Below, piece by piece: positions 25,431 through 37,812 of a DNA stretch of 64,000 nt. The DNA is from Tricharina praecox. Taxonomy: Eukaryota. The translations under genes and the position numbers were made by a program. Every line of letters starts with the position of its first letter. Within the stretch, counting starts at the first letter, position 1. The notes under the pieces are model-generated. The model saw only the letters and a program-made list of their open reading frames with translations, was not told the origin of the DNA and ran no database searches. The stretch is from NCBI RefSeq assembly GCF_024521635.1, contig NW_026250420.1:1-64000 (forward strand), written 5' to 3'.

Positions 25431-28182
25431 CTTACGCCCTTGCTAATGTAAGCCGCTATGCTCACCACCACCACTGGTCGCTAGACTGGAGGAGCATGGC
25501 ATCAAGAACTAATATGGTACGGTTAGATGAAGTTGTTGCCGAAGCAATGGTCCGATTGTGAGGGGGAGTTGCGTGCTGCCCTTTTCTAACCGCCGAGGCG
25601 GCTTCTTCTACTAGTTAACTGTTACTGTTTCCCCACTTTCCCGCTGTTTGTTTTTTCGGCCCTGCGAGGTCTCTTCTGCTCTCTGTTTTTCGACCCTACG
25701 AGGTCTCTTCTCTTCTGCCATCTGCTGCTGTCTGTTACTACCTGCTACTGCCTGCCCGCCTCACTTTCTGCGCTTGGACACGATGTTCGGGGCGGGATGT
25801 GGCTGGCAGGGGGGAATACAGTGGGTTTAATTTTCTTCTCATCTTCCGGCTGCTATTTTGTTTTCTTCTCATCCTCCGGCTGCTGTTTTGTTTTCTGTGA
25901 TCTTTGATCTTTCTTCCTGTTCTTTCTTCCTGTTCTTTCTGCATCTTCGTGCATTGCTAGCTCACTAGGATTCATGGGGCGGAGGGGAATAAAAGCGGCA
26001 AATGCGTACCTACCTAGGTAAAATCTGCACGAGTGATGCTCCGTATTTGTGCTGGTAACTGAAGTGCTCTATACAATGTTAGATCTATACGTGCAGAACC
26101 CGATCACGCCACAAGCGACATTGCTGACATCGTTATAAGATAGTGAACCGACCGTCCAGCCATGCCGAAGGATGAGCGTCCTCCGTGTCCGTGGTTTGTG
26201 GATCACGGTGTATGCTCCGGCGAGGGTGTCTTGGAGAGGGGTTACTGCCTGCCTGCCTGACGATCAAGATATCCAACCGTGGGTGATTTGAATTTGGTAC
26301 CAAACGGTATGTACTCTCGATGCAGAGGAGGTGATAGTAAACGATCAGCCGTTGGCATGGAGGCCCCGGCTCTCATTACCGCCAACGCAACTGCCCAACG
26401 GTGTACACTGGTCTTGGGCTCACACTGACGGCGGGACTCGTTTGTCGCTGGGTAGCTATCCTATTACCGCGATTATATCTCCACCACCGTATACCCCGTA
26501 CCGCCCGACCAGGCCGTCTAGATTTCCCACTTCGTACTGTGATGGAGTTTAGTTCAGCACACCTGAGAAGGGGAAGAGATGGAATTGGAAAGTCAATCAA
26601 GTTTTATCCCTCAGGGTTGGCCGTTGCAGCCCAGTAGGAGATTCATTCACACTCTTCATCACTCGCCACCTCCCCCCCCCTCCCACCCCGCACGATGATA
26701 CCTAGTACTTGTTGGCCGAAGTTATAGACTCCCTCCCAGAACTTTCTCACGCGAACTGGGTTGCGGCAGTGCACACCGGAGCCTTCCGTACAGAATATCG
26801 TGGACACAGCACAGCCCGCTGCCCGCTGCCCAGCTCTCGATTGTCAAGCGGCATGGTAGCAACGTGCGGTAGGCACTCCGTAGCTTGCTCCTCCCCCATC
26901 GTCTACCTAGTCTGCATCCAGAAAGTCGTATCATCGCAATAGGTGTATTCGAATCAGGATTCAGGCAGGCAGTAGATAGGTGCAATTGCAATTTGCATCC
27001 TCGAGCTCCCAGCGGCGCCGGCGCGGCAGGCTCCCCGAGCCTATATACCTACTCTAAGCCTCACACCGAACCATTGCACCAACGGCCGTGTTATAGTATA
27101 ACCGTGCTGTACTGTATACGCACATCATACTGTACATGGAGGAATGGAATTCCTCCCGCCTCGACTCGACTCGACTCAGCCACGATGCACCTATGTAATA
27201 TCTGCAACTGTAAGTCTGTAACTAGAGCACCTAGCCCGCTAGTTAGCGCAGTGCATCCATCATTGAGGAAAAATGTTTGCGGGATCGTCCAATGCACTGT
27301 TGACCGATCAGCACCTGGGGTACTGCCGGGCACTGCCACGATGATCACTCGAGTGTGATACAAACGAACGAAACCCAGGAAACCCAGGAAAGTACGAAAG
27401 TAGAAAAATCCGCTTCTAGGATACTTCCCGGGGGCATATTGACCATCACTCCACTGCCACGGACCACGCGCGGTACGGTAGCGAGTTGCGAGTCGGACGT
27501 GATCACCTACCGGGAAGGTTTGGCGAGGTTACATACCATAGCCACAATGACGAGCAAGGCCTGCAAGGGCTACGAGGGCTGCACTTGGCTGGCAAAGAGG
27601 CTCTCGCGAGGCGGGTGGGGCTGAGGCTGAGACCGGGAGGGGCCGGTGCACGGTGTATATGGTGCTTACATAAGTAGGTGCTGTTGGGAATTCCGTGGTT
27701 TGCACGCTGGGCTGAGCATCCCTCGCATCGCTGGTCGCCGTCGGCCATCCGCCATCCCAGTCATCTCCCTCGCGCCATCACTGCAGCAGTTGCGATCACA
27801 GGCAGTCACTCGCGCCATCACGTAAGCACCTCCGATCTTCACGCCCATTACCTTAAAGGTCCATGTACATGCCCACCTGCAGTGCAGGCTGGCACCAGTG
27901 CAGTCCACCAGTGCAGTCCACCAGGCAGCAACATTCTGCATTCTTCCCTTGAGCCTCACACGGGCCAGCACCTCGCCGGGACCATTTAAGCCGGCCGTGG
28001 CCGACCATGGACGGACGATGGTGCGTGTTCGCGAACACAGCACCGCACAGTACAGCACCTCTACTCCCACCCCTCCACCCACACACCCCACTACACCAGC
28101 GGAAATCATCGGCGGATCAGCAAATACGATCCGAAACGAATAAATAATTACTAAGGAAAGAAATACGCTACAATACGGTACA

Positions 28183-28525
28183 ATGGTGCTCCAGGAAATC
28201 GACGCGGACTACATCGGCCGCGACCAGCTCGTAAAGCTGCTCAAGAGGAAGTTTGGGAGTAATTATTCGTTCCACGTATGTTCTCCCCGCGCCGCACGCC
28301 GTGACTGGTCGAGGAGGAGCGGCGAAAGAGAGAGAGAGAGACGCCTGGCACTGGCACTGACACTGGACGTGTTCGCGAACAGCTGAGCGCTGGCCATTGG
28401 GTCGTTGATGTGCCCGATTATATCTCCGAGGTATGTACCCAGGTCCTGGCCTGTCCTGATGGTGGCGGTGGTGTTGACAGACGTCGTGATAGTACGAGAT
28501 CGAGTGTGCGCAGGAGGAGGGGTAG
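28183..28525 (+). CDS. 57-aa microprotein, 3 exons (28183-28275, 28383-28430, 28493-28525)
   Basis: ACAATGG start, two GTATGT donors, CTGAC and TTGAC branch points, phase-0 joins giving MVLQEIDADYIGRDQLVKLLKRKFGSNYSFHLSAGHWVVDVPDYISEYEIECAQEEG. An alternative acceptor at 28480 would give ..SETS*. Confidence 0.75.
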
Positions 28526-29200
28526 CGGAGCGGAGCTGGGGCTTGTGGGGTGGTGGAGGGGTACGGTAGCGATTTGCGAGTTCGCGAACTCGCGAACTCG
28601 CAAGGCTGTGGGGGCGGAAGGAAGGAAACTTGGCGATCGATGTTGTTGCTGTTGATGAGCGGACGGAAGGACTTCATTTGCTACATACTCCATCTACCTA
28701 TCCTCTGGCCTGGCGGCGGCGAGGGCGGAGTATTTTGCCTTTCTTATGCACTCACATATCGGAATTCCTCTCTCGTATCGTATGTAACGGCAGCATTTTA
28801 CTGGGCTGGCTAGCCTTTTTTCTTCTCGCTTTGGCTGCGCTGGGCTGTGATTTTCGCTGTGTGTGCGACGTGATTTGCTGTAGATTTGCTGCTTGATTTG
28901 CTGCTGCTGCCGGGGGCGGTGTGCGCTGTGCATGGTTTGGTGGTGGTGGTGGTGGTGGTGGTGGTAGTCGGTCGCTTGCTCCGCACCGCAGCTGCAATGC
29001 AGCAGCATGGCCGCAGGTTTCATCAAGGAGAGTGAGAGACAGTGAGAGACAGAGAGAGAGAGAGAGAGACCACGTTGGCGCCGGCTGATTGATTGATTGA
29101 TTGAATGATGATATAAGACGTCCGATCCGCCGCGCAGCCACCGTAGTTTCATATTCCGTTCCGCTCCGTTTCTGCTTCCTCGGCCATCCTATCCATCAGC

Positions 29201-31241
29201 ATGACTGCCACAGCGACTGCGAACGCGACCGCTCGTCCGAATGTTACCACCACCACCACCGCCACAGTGCCAACCGACGTGCCGACGGGCCTGCAGCACC
29301 ACAACCCGCTCGTCGACGATGTCGCCGCGCGCAACGGTCGCCTCACCGCCGATCGCGACCGCCTCTTTGCGCCAGAGCAGATCTCGATCGATACGCTCGA
29401 CGTCAACCTGAGCGCCGAGGGGGAGCAGTGCGAAGGTTAGTCGCGGTCGCTCGTGCGGGGGGATGGCGGGGGAGGGGGGGGGTGGGGGGGGGGGGGGGGC
29501 GCGCGAACAGAACAGCCAGTTGACCTAGCTGCAGTGAAGCGAACATGGACGGACGCTGCCGAGTTCAGTGCGCAATGTCTGCAGCAGCCCACTCACGACA
29601 GTCGCTACTACATCCTGAAGCCGTTCCGGCCGAAGGTGATATCGCGGTCGCCGCTGCACATTACGGAGGAGGCGGCGCGGCAGCTGCTCGCGACGCACGA
29701 GGTCATGCCGAGTTTTCTCGACCACCTACATGCGTACGGTCGGCGCAAGAACCGCGAGCAGGATGGATGCTTCGGTGGTGGACGCTATCTCCTCGGGTTC
29801 TCCGAGGAGTCAAAGGTTACCCAGCACGAGATCGCGTATACGGTTAAGTTTGGCGTCAATAATGGCCGCAAGGAGGAGACCAGCCCGTATCTGTACAGCA
29901 TCCGTCAGACAAGTGTGTATCAGAAGTTTTGCTACGATGAGCGGAAGTCCGTGTGGATCCTGGTGCAGCCGTCGGACGCGGTGCAGCGGCGGCTGTACGC
30001 GGCGGCGCCAAAGGAGGTGGTCCTGGCTGGCGGGAACCCGCTCAAGATGCATCTGCTGTTCTTCTCTGCGGCGAGCGAGGGGTGGCGGGACTACTACAAC
30101 CACCTTGAAAAGATCTTCTACGAGACGACGGCGGCGGCCGTCAACTACACCGTGCAGCGGAGCAACGAGAAGTACACGCCGCAGGGCATGCAGGGCCCGC
30201 AGGTCCAGCACTTTGAGGGCACGCGCGGCGATCCGCTCGAGAAGTTCCAGGTGGATTTCCAGGATGTGCAGGATCTGCAGCGGCTCGAGGAGCTGCTCCG
30301 CCGCGTCAAGACTGCGATCGAGGTCAACTCCGACTCGATCCGCAGTCTCAAGGCTTTGAACAACAAGCTGCGGGAGCTGTCCTCTGCGACGACAGGCGGG
30401 ATGACGCTCGCCGCGTGGAGCGAAGTTGACATCGAGGCGTCGCAGCAACTCGCGATCCTCGAGAGCCACAAACGCAACTTCGAGTCGCTGCTGCAGAACG
30501 TGCACGGCCGCTCGCAGCTGCTCTACAACGTCCTCGACTTCAAGAACGCGCTCACAGTCTCGCACCACTCCCAACGCGCGGTCGATATCCGCGCCCTCCA
30601 GGCAAACGAACAGACTATGATGACGATGCTGAACGAGATGTCGATGCGCGACGCCATCGGCGTGCGCATCCTGACGCTGCTGGCGACGCTGTACGTGCCC
30701 GCCTCCTTCGTGGCAGTAAGTGATCCCCCGTTCCCCATCCACCTCCTCACCCTCAAAGCCCGGGGAGCCAACTGATCCGCTAGATTCCACTCAGACATTT
30801 CTCGACGCCGGCGTCGTAACATTCGACGAGACGCGCAGCACCAAGGCGGGCATCGACTTCAGCCGGATGCGGGTGTCACGGGAGACGACTGTGTTCTACC
30901 TGGTATTCACCACGCTGCTGATGGCGATTACCTACGGCTGCTGGTGGCTGTGGCAGCGCACCGCCACCGGTCAGGTCGAGAAGAAACTCTCCATCACCCG
31001 CGCGAACTCTATGGAGCCCGAGAAGGGGCTGCTTCGCAGCCCCACCGCCGGCACTGCGGGAAGTAATCCCATGAGACAGCAGAGGAGACTGGGAAGTCTG
31101 CTCCCCATCTCGCCGCAAGGTACGCACCATCATGGTGCACCGCCGCCGATGACGCCCGTGCCGATGACCCCTATGTCACCGACGTCCCCGATGTCGCCAA
31201 TGTCGCCAATGTCGACTAAGTCGAGGAGTACGTGGGCTTGA
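29201..31241 (+). CDS. Fungal CorA-like membrane protein, about 628 aa, 3 exons (29201-29435, 29511-30715, 30795-31241)
   Basis: SIRQTSVYQKF..WILVQP, long helical stalk, and two C-terminal hydrophobic helices (ILTLLATLYVPASFVATFL; FYLVFTTLLMAITYGCWWLW). Introns keep the frame (1887 nt). Confidence 0.85.
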
Positions 31242-31951
31242 TTTTTGGGCTTGATTTTTGCGTTGAGTGTTTTTGCTTTTGATTTTGATTTTTGGGAATG
31301 GGAGTTTGGGGGCATTTATTGGCGTTTGGGGATCAAAATGTAATGGAAACGAAGGAATGAATCATGAACTGCTATGCAGAGGATTACTCATGTTCCGAAC
31401 AAGTACCTGCTATGTACCTGAAGTACTCTACAGCGAATAGCCGGCCATTCCAGCAGGAACGTGATCATCATGGCCAATGGCATGTACTATCCATAGCTGC
31501 AAGAATTGGCAGGTTAGTGGGCCTGATATGCACAGGTATGTACCATGTACTCTACTTACTGCCCGCAACCCACTACCTACATACTTGCCGTACTTCATAT
31601 GTACAAAGTACTTGGTTACTGTCCACTCTTACTCGAACGTATCATCCTTCATCAACGGGCATCTACTCCGTCCCAGATAACGTAGACCATCCAAGCCAAC
31701 CGATGCTCACGAATCTCAGCTGCACATGCTTGAAGAAAGTTGTCCAACACCACACCCGCATCGACGCTAGACCTATTAATGCAGGTCGTAGCACCCATCG
31801 CAGCCACGGGCTCCCCCGCACTCAGCCCAATCGAACCCTTGGGCGGGCGGGCGGGCGTGCGTGCGTAGATAGAGTAAGTAAGTAAGTAAGCATCCCGCGC
31901 TCACCTCTTACCTCCACCGATCAATGCACCCGTCCCCCCTTACGCTCCACG

Positions 31952-34659
31952 ATGAGCAGCCGCGCCGCCTACGACGACCTCGCGCGGACCCTGGACCGGC
32001 TTGAGATCGTGAACTGCGACAAGAAGCCGTTCATTCCTGCGGACGGCTTCGACGGCGCCGTGACGCGGTCGTTCCTATCCACGGTCGTTTCCGACCTCCT
32101 CCCCTTCTCCGACGGCGGTGCCAGTGCACACGTCCACCTCCAGCAGCTGTACGAGTCGTACCGCAAGGTCATCGCCATCCTCGTCATGATGCGGTATGAG
32201 CAAAGCTTCGTCCGCTTCTGGGAGACCAACACGTGTGATCGCGACCTGCCGCTGGATCAGGAGCGGCTCGCGGAGATTGATGGGGACCTCTGGTGGCCCA
32301 AGTGGAATGGCCTGCAGTATAAGTTCCTCGCGAGGATGTACTGTGAGGAGACAGAGTCGCAGCAGTGGTCGGACGATTATGTCCTCCCCATCCTCGAGAA
32401 GGTCTATAGGTCCAGAGGAGCGTTCTCGGAGGTCTACAAGATCCACATTCATCCGCACTATGACCGACTGAATTTTCGGGGACATCATGAGGTGGGCTGG
32501 GGGGGACACTCTGCACATCTGGAGCACGGGCTGACACTCTTCCCTAGCCACACTGGTACGCGCTGAAGCAACTCAAGACCTCAGCGGACGCCAAAGTCAA
32601 CGAGCGCAAACTGCGAGAATGGCAAGACGAAGTTGCGGCAAACGCGCTGGTGCGCAAGCAGCAACACAACAACTACGCATACAGCAGCATCCTGCCGCTG
32701 CTGCACTCGCACACGTATGGCAAGCAGTGCAATCTCGTCTTTCCACTCGCAAACTACAACCTGCGCGAGTTCTATGCGAAGGAGCCAATGCCCCCCTCCA
32801 GTCTCCACCGCTTCAGGTTTGTAGAACAGATCTCGAGGCTCGTACCAGCGCTCGGATTGATACATCAGGGAGAGATTGATTCTACCTGCCAGTGGCAGTG
32901 GATCGGCCTGCATCGCGATTTGAAACCAGGTTTGCTCCCGGGAGACGAGTGGAGTGCGGAGCTAGGCTGGGCTGGGCTGGCGGCGCTAACTAACGCACCG
33001 CAGATAACATCCTCGTAGTGTGCGGCATGACGCCGCGCTTCATGATCTCTGACCTTGGGCTCATGAAGTTCCGCAAGGTGAAGTCGGGGTCGCGCGAGTA
33101 CTCCGGCGAGGAGTGGAAGCTCGGTGTGTCCGCGTACAAGGCGCCGGAGTGCGACGTCAAGGGCAAGCGCGTGGGGCGCGGCGCCGACATCTGGAGCTTG
33201 GGGTGCATACTCGCCGAGGCGATCACGTGGTGCGTCTGCGGCCTCCAGGGCATCCGCGAGTTCCAGCGCCGAAGGTCGACCGAGGACTCGTACGGCGACT
33301 CGTCGGACGTGTTTTTTTGCAAGAGCGGCTCGCCGGGCGCGAAGGAGGTGCCGCGCTTGAAGACCGAGGTGCTGGATTGGTTCGCAGAGGTGAAGAAGGC
33401 CGCTGGCGAAGAGGACCGGTTGGTCGCTGAGACGCTGGCGCTGGTCGAGCTGATGCTGAAGGAGAACGACCGGGGCGCGAAGGGCCGCCCCAGCGCGGAA
33501 AAGATCGATTGCGCGTTCTACACGATCCTGAAGCAGGAGGCTTCGAAGCAGGCGTGGCCACTGTCGATTTCGGAGCCGGCGTACTACTTCAAGAATCTCG
33601 ACCGGCGCACGCACGCGCTGCCACGCGACATCCTGCCGTTCTCGTACTCGCGCTCCACCAGCTTGATGACGCCGACGACCCCCGGGCCCATGCCGTTCAG
33701 TCCGAATTTTCCGAGTTTTCCGAGGTCGGGCGGCCTGGCGAGCCCCGCTGGTGGTGCTGGTGCCGGGAAGCGCAGGAGAAGCGAGGACGACTCGTTCGTG
33801 CCGCCGTCGCTGCCGAATTCCTCGACTGGCAGCACGGTACGGCCCGTCAAGCGCAAGCGCGAGGTTTCCGCATTCGCACATCTGAAACGGCTGGATACGG
33901 TGAGCTCCCCCGGCCCGCATACGTGCACTCCACGGCTCTAACCACACCCGCAGATGTTCCTAATCGACGACTTCGTCTCGGAGACTCCCTGGACCCGAAT
34001 CCGCACAACCCTTCAAAAGCTCTCCTCGATCGCGACGCAATGGGACCAAGACGGCGTAGACATTGCGTTCATCAACAGTTCGTCCTACGCCTCGTGCCTA
34101 TCCACGCCGTCGGACGTGCTCTCAGCGCTCGACAAGACTGGGTACACAGCGACAAGCACGAGCACGCTCTCGTTCCGCCTGGACATGCTCCTCTCGTCGT
34201 ACATCAACCTGTACAAGCGCGATGAGTTCACGAAGCCGCTCAACATGATCATCATCACCAGCGGCGACTTCCTGGCGCACGACGAGTTTGAGAAGGTTGT
34301 CATGACGTGGGCGAAACAGCTCGACGAGATCTATGCGCCCAAAAGTCAGCTAAGCCTGCAGTTCGTCCTCGTCGGCTGCAAGGGCGAGAATAGGAGGAGA
34401 TTCGAGGACCTCGATGATGAGCTGTATAAGGAGTATGGCGTTAGGTATGCCCCCCACCTCTTTCTGCTTTGCTTCGGCTGTGGCGAGCTGCGGCGGCTGA
34501 TAGAAATACAGAGATATGGTCGACGCCACCTGCTACGACCCAAACGAGCCGGATAGTCAGGAGGTCTTTGAGAAGATCTTGTGTGGAGGCATGATTGCCA
34601 CGTACAATCGTGTGCAGGACGAGACTTCGGATCTGTCCATGATGGCGGTGGACCTGTGA
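31952..34659 (+). CDS. Ser/Thr protein kinase fused to a C-terminal vWA-like domain, about 818 aa, 5 exons (31952-32491, 32548-32929, 33004-33899, 33954-34444, 34512-34659)
   Basis: RGAFSEVYK, YALK, helix-C Glu, HRDLKPDNIL, SDLG, APE, DIWSLGC. Then FLIDD, DQDGVDIAFIN, KPLNMIIIT, QFVLVG, LDD and RDMVD of fungal vWA proteins. Spliced length 2457 nt. Confidence 0.9.
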
Positions 34660-34979
34660 ACAGTAGTGACAGTGGTGACAATAGTAGGGATGTTGGGTGT
34701 AATGGAGTATTTCACGGATGTGAATGATGTGTGACTATGATCTTATATGTCGAAGTATAATACCATACAAACCCCATTTCTTGGCTGGATGAGGCTGGAT
34801 GAGGCAGGATTTTGCGGAGAGAGTGAGGGAGGTGGTGGAGTGATCTCACGCAGTGACGCAGAGGCTATCGATTTTTGCACTCGAAGTTTGGAGATACCGC
34901 GGCCGACGTGAACCGCCCACTCTACTCTATATCTACAGAAACCACCCGCACTCCAAACATATCCAACCCCGCCCCGCCC

Positions 34980-37812
34980 CTAAGACTTCTCACACTCCCT
35001 CCACCTCCTCAACAGCACTTGATACACCTCCTCCTCCCCCCTCTCACTCGCCCAATCCAGCAACGGTTTCGCCGCCGGAAACGCTATCTTATCGACCCCG
35101 GCGCCCCTTTGTACCAGCATTCTAACCACTTTGTCATGCCCGCCCGCCGCCGCCCATGATAACGGCCCCCACCCGGCCCTATCCACGACCTCGACATCCG
35201 CACCAGCGTCCAGTAACGCGGCGACGACCTTCGCTCGCCCCGCCTGCGCCGCCCACAGCAGCGCAGTCCAGCCGTCGATATCCATGCTGTCCACCGCCGC
35301 GCCGCGGGAGAGCAGGAAGCGCACGCAGTCTGCGTGCCCGAAGTGTGCGGCTTGTGACAGCGGGGGTTTGCCGTGCGTGTCGGCCGCGTTGATGTCCGGC
35401 GGGTGCGTGGAGGATAGGAGCTGGACGATCGACAGGTGCCCGGCCCGCCCGGCCCAGGAGAGGGGCGTGCGCGTGTTGGGGGGGGATGGGGAGGGGGAGA
35501 GGAGGGACTGCACCGTGGGGAGGTGTCCAAGGACTGCGGCGCTGCAGAGGGGGTAAAGACAGAGGGAGCGGTAGATATAGTATTCGCGCGTGGGCAGGGT
35601 TAGCGTGCGGAAATAGGTGGATACACAGCCGGGGCGGTGGAGGAAGGTTGTGAGGGCGCGAGTGATGGTGTTGGGGGAAGAGGTGGTGGTGGTGGTGTTG
35701 GGGGAAGAGGTGGGAAATGATAGGTGGTGCTGCAGGTTCTGCGCTGCATATTCGAGCAGTGGGTCTTCTTCCATGATCCGCAGGTTCTGTGCGTGCGAAT
35801 TCTCGTGCGCGGCTAGAATCGAGAAGGCGTCGAACGAGAGGTACGTTATACACCCTGCGGCCAGCAGCATATCGCCGCCATACTCGTTGAGGACCTGTTT
35901 CCGGAGGAGATATTCCTGCACCGTGTAGTGCACCAGCCGCACTGTGCCGCCGGTCTCGTCGATCTCGACAAGGCCCGCGCAGACGTCCGCAAGAGTCGAG
36001 GGATTGGCCAGATCCTCGTCGGGATCGAGCTCGAACTCGCCGGGTTCCAGTGCTACTGCGATGCACAGCTCGGCGATGGAGAGGGTGCGGCAGGCTTTGG
36101 TCAGCCAGGTCAGGATTCTCATAGCCAGTCCGATTTCGAAGCGGCCTTGACTACGGAGGAGCGTCATTGCGCGGTTGTAGGTGGGGTCCAGTGGGCGGTC
36201 CTCGCCGTCACCGGTGACAGTCGAGTCCTGGAGTCTTTGCAGTTCCTGATGCACTTGCCGCACTGTTGTGAGCTGACACAGGTGGTCGATATGGAATTGC
36301 ACAAGGAGGAACCTGCCATCATCAGTGGCCGTCTACTCGCGGGCTCAAACACATCGCACCTACATCCCCTTCGCAGATTCCACGAGTGAGTCGATGATCT
36401 CAGATTCATATTTACTCCCCCTGATCAATTTCTGCGCCCTGCCACTATCGTTGATGCGAGCCTGCACATATCCGCGCAGGTCCTCGGCGCGCGCAGAGAG
36501 CTCCACCTTCTGTGCTTCAGCAAGCACTTCCGCTATGTCCTCGGGGTACGGACGGGAGGTGGCGAGTATCCGAACGCCATCTCTCGCCATACGATTGAGT
36601 AGCTCCAGTACGTCCCCCCTCCTCTGCGGCTCCAGTACGTCCCCCCTCCTCTGCGGCTCCAGTACGTCCCCCCTCCTCTGCGGCTCGCATTCATCCAATG
36701 CATCGGCTACGATGTAGACCACACCCGGGAAGAGCTGTTTGATCTCTAGCAGCACGGTGTACACCTTTTCTAGCCCCGGTCGTGTGCGGGTGTTGTAGAG
36801 CTCTTCGAGTGCTGAAGGGAACTGAGGCAGCTGCCGCTGGATCAATTGCTTCACAATCGAGGAGAGGACGGTGAGAGCCCTTGAGTCTGGTGACTTGTAG
36901 TCGAAGTAGATGTATGCCAATCCGGAATCCGGGAAGGCGGTGAGGAGGTGGTCTATTACCACTGATCTGCCGTAGACCATGGTAGTATCAGCCATCCGAC
37001 CCTTCAGTGAACAAGGCAGTGACTTCTAACGCAAGAAATGTCTTCCCAGCTCCAGCTATTCATCATCAGCTATTCATCATCAGCGCATGCCTTCGCCCGC
37101 CAAGAGAGAAAAAGAACCCACGAATACCCTCCCCCACAATACTCCCCCGCCCTCGGCATCTCTCCACCTCAGAAACTCTGGACTCTCCAGCAACCACGCC
37201 CCACTCCCATCCGTCCTCCGTTCCCTGACATCGGCATGCCTCCTCTTCGCCGCATCGCCAGTACTGATCCATTCCAGCACCTTTTCCCTTCTCTCACATT
37301 CCTCGCCGATCTCCAGCGCCGCCAGGGAAAGATCCGTATTCAACGCATACTCGCGCAACGCCTGCGAGAACTTACTGCCTTGTCATCAGCGGCGTCTTCG
37401 CCTCCGCAGCATAAAGCGCAACCCACAATTGATCCACGGCCAGCGCCGTAGCCGCCAGAGCACACACGTTCCTGACCCTGACGAAGAAGCCCCTCGTATC
37501 CTTTTCCTTGAACGGCCACCGCCACTTCTCCCTTGCGCCTCGTGCGCCGCCCAATTCCTCGCGCACCCCCGCCAGCTCCTTCCAGAAATCCTGCAGCACG
37601 CCCTCGAGCCCGGCGATTCCTCGGCTTCCGTCGGAGGGGGATGAGGCGAGCGAGTGCAGAGACGTGAGGACAGAGGATAGTGTCTCCAGCTCGCTGGTGA
37701 GCAGCGCCAGTGTGGAGGGCGCGCTGGAAACGCTGTGGATGTACGCGGCTATTGCGCCCGTGATCTGCAGGATCGAGGCTATCGAGGCGATGAGTCCGAT
37801 TGGTTCTGCCAT
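34980..37812 (-). CDS. NLR-like protein: HeLo-like/SesA-type N-terminus, NACHT, winged helix, ankyrin repeats; 5 exons (37812-37427, 37374-37122, 37055-37031, 36966-36364, 36312-34980); apparent 1-nt deletion
   Basis: MAEPIGLIASIAS..WPFKE, GSGAWLL, PGAGKT micro-exon, ADALDEC, ATSR, GMFLL, LVHYTVQEY, and ankyrin motifs TPLSWA/TALLWAA. Spliced length is 2600 nt, one short of a multiple of 3. Confidence 0.88.
36603..36683. repeat. Perfect 27-bp triplication (EPQRRGDVL x3) in the NACHT exon
   Basis: CTCCAGTACGTCCCCCCTCCTCTGCGG x3. Confidence 0.95.

Noticed and set aside
29453..29510. Poly-Gly N-terminus of the 440-aa ORF, or a G-quadruplex
   Set aside because: It lies in the predicted intron. 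The poly-G run may be low-quality sequence, and no branch point is visible.
29810..30790. 326-aa antisense ORF (also 32865-33947 and 45102-46301)
   Set aside because: Shadow ORFs caused by GC-biased codon usage of the real genes on the opposite strand.
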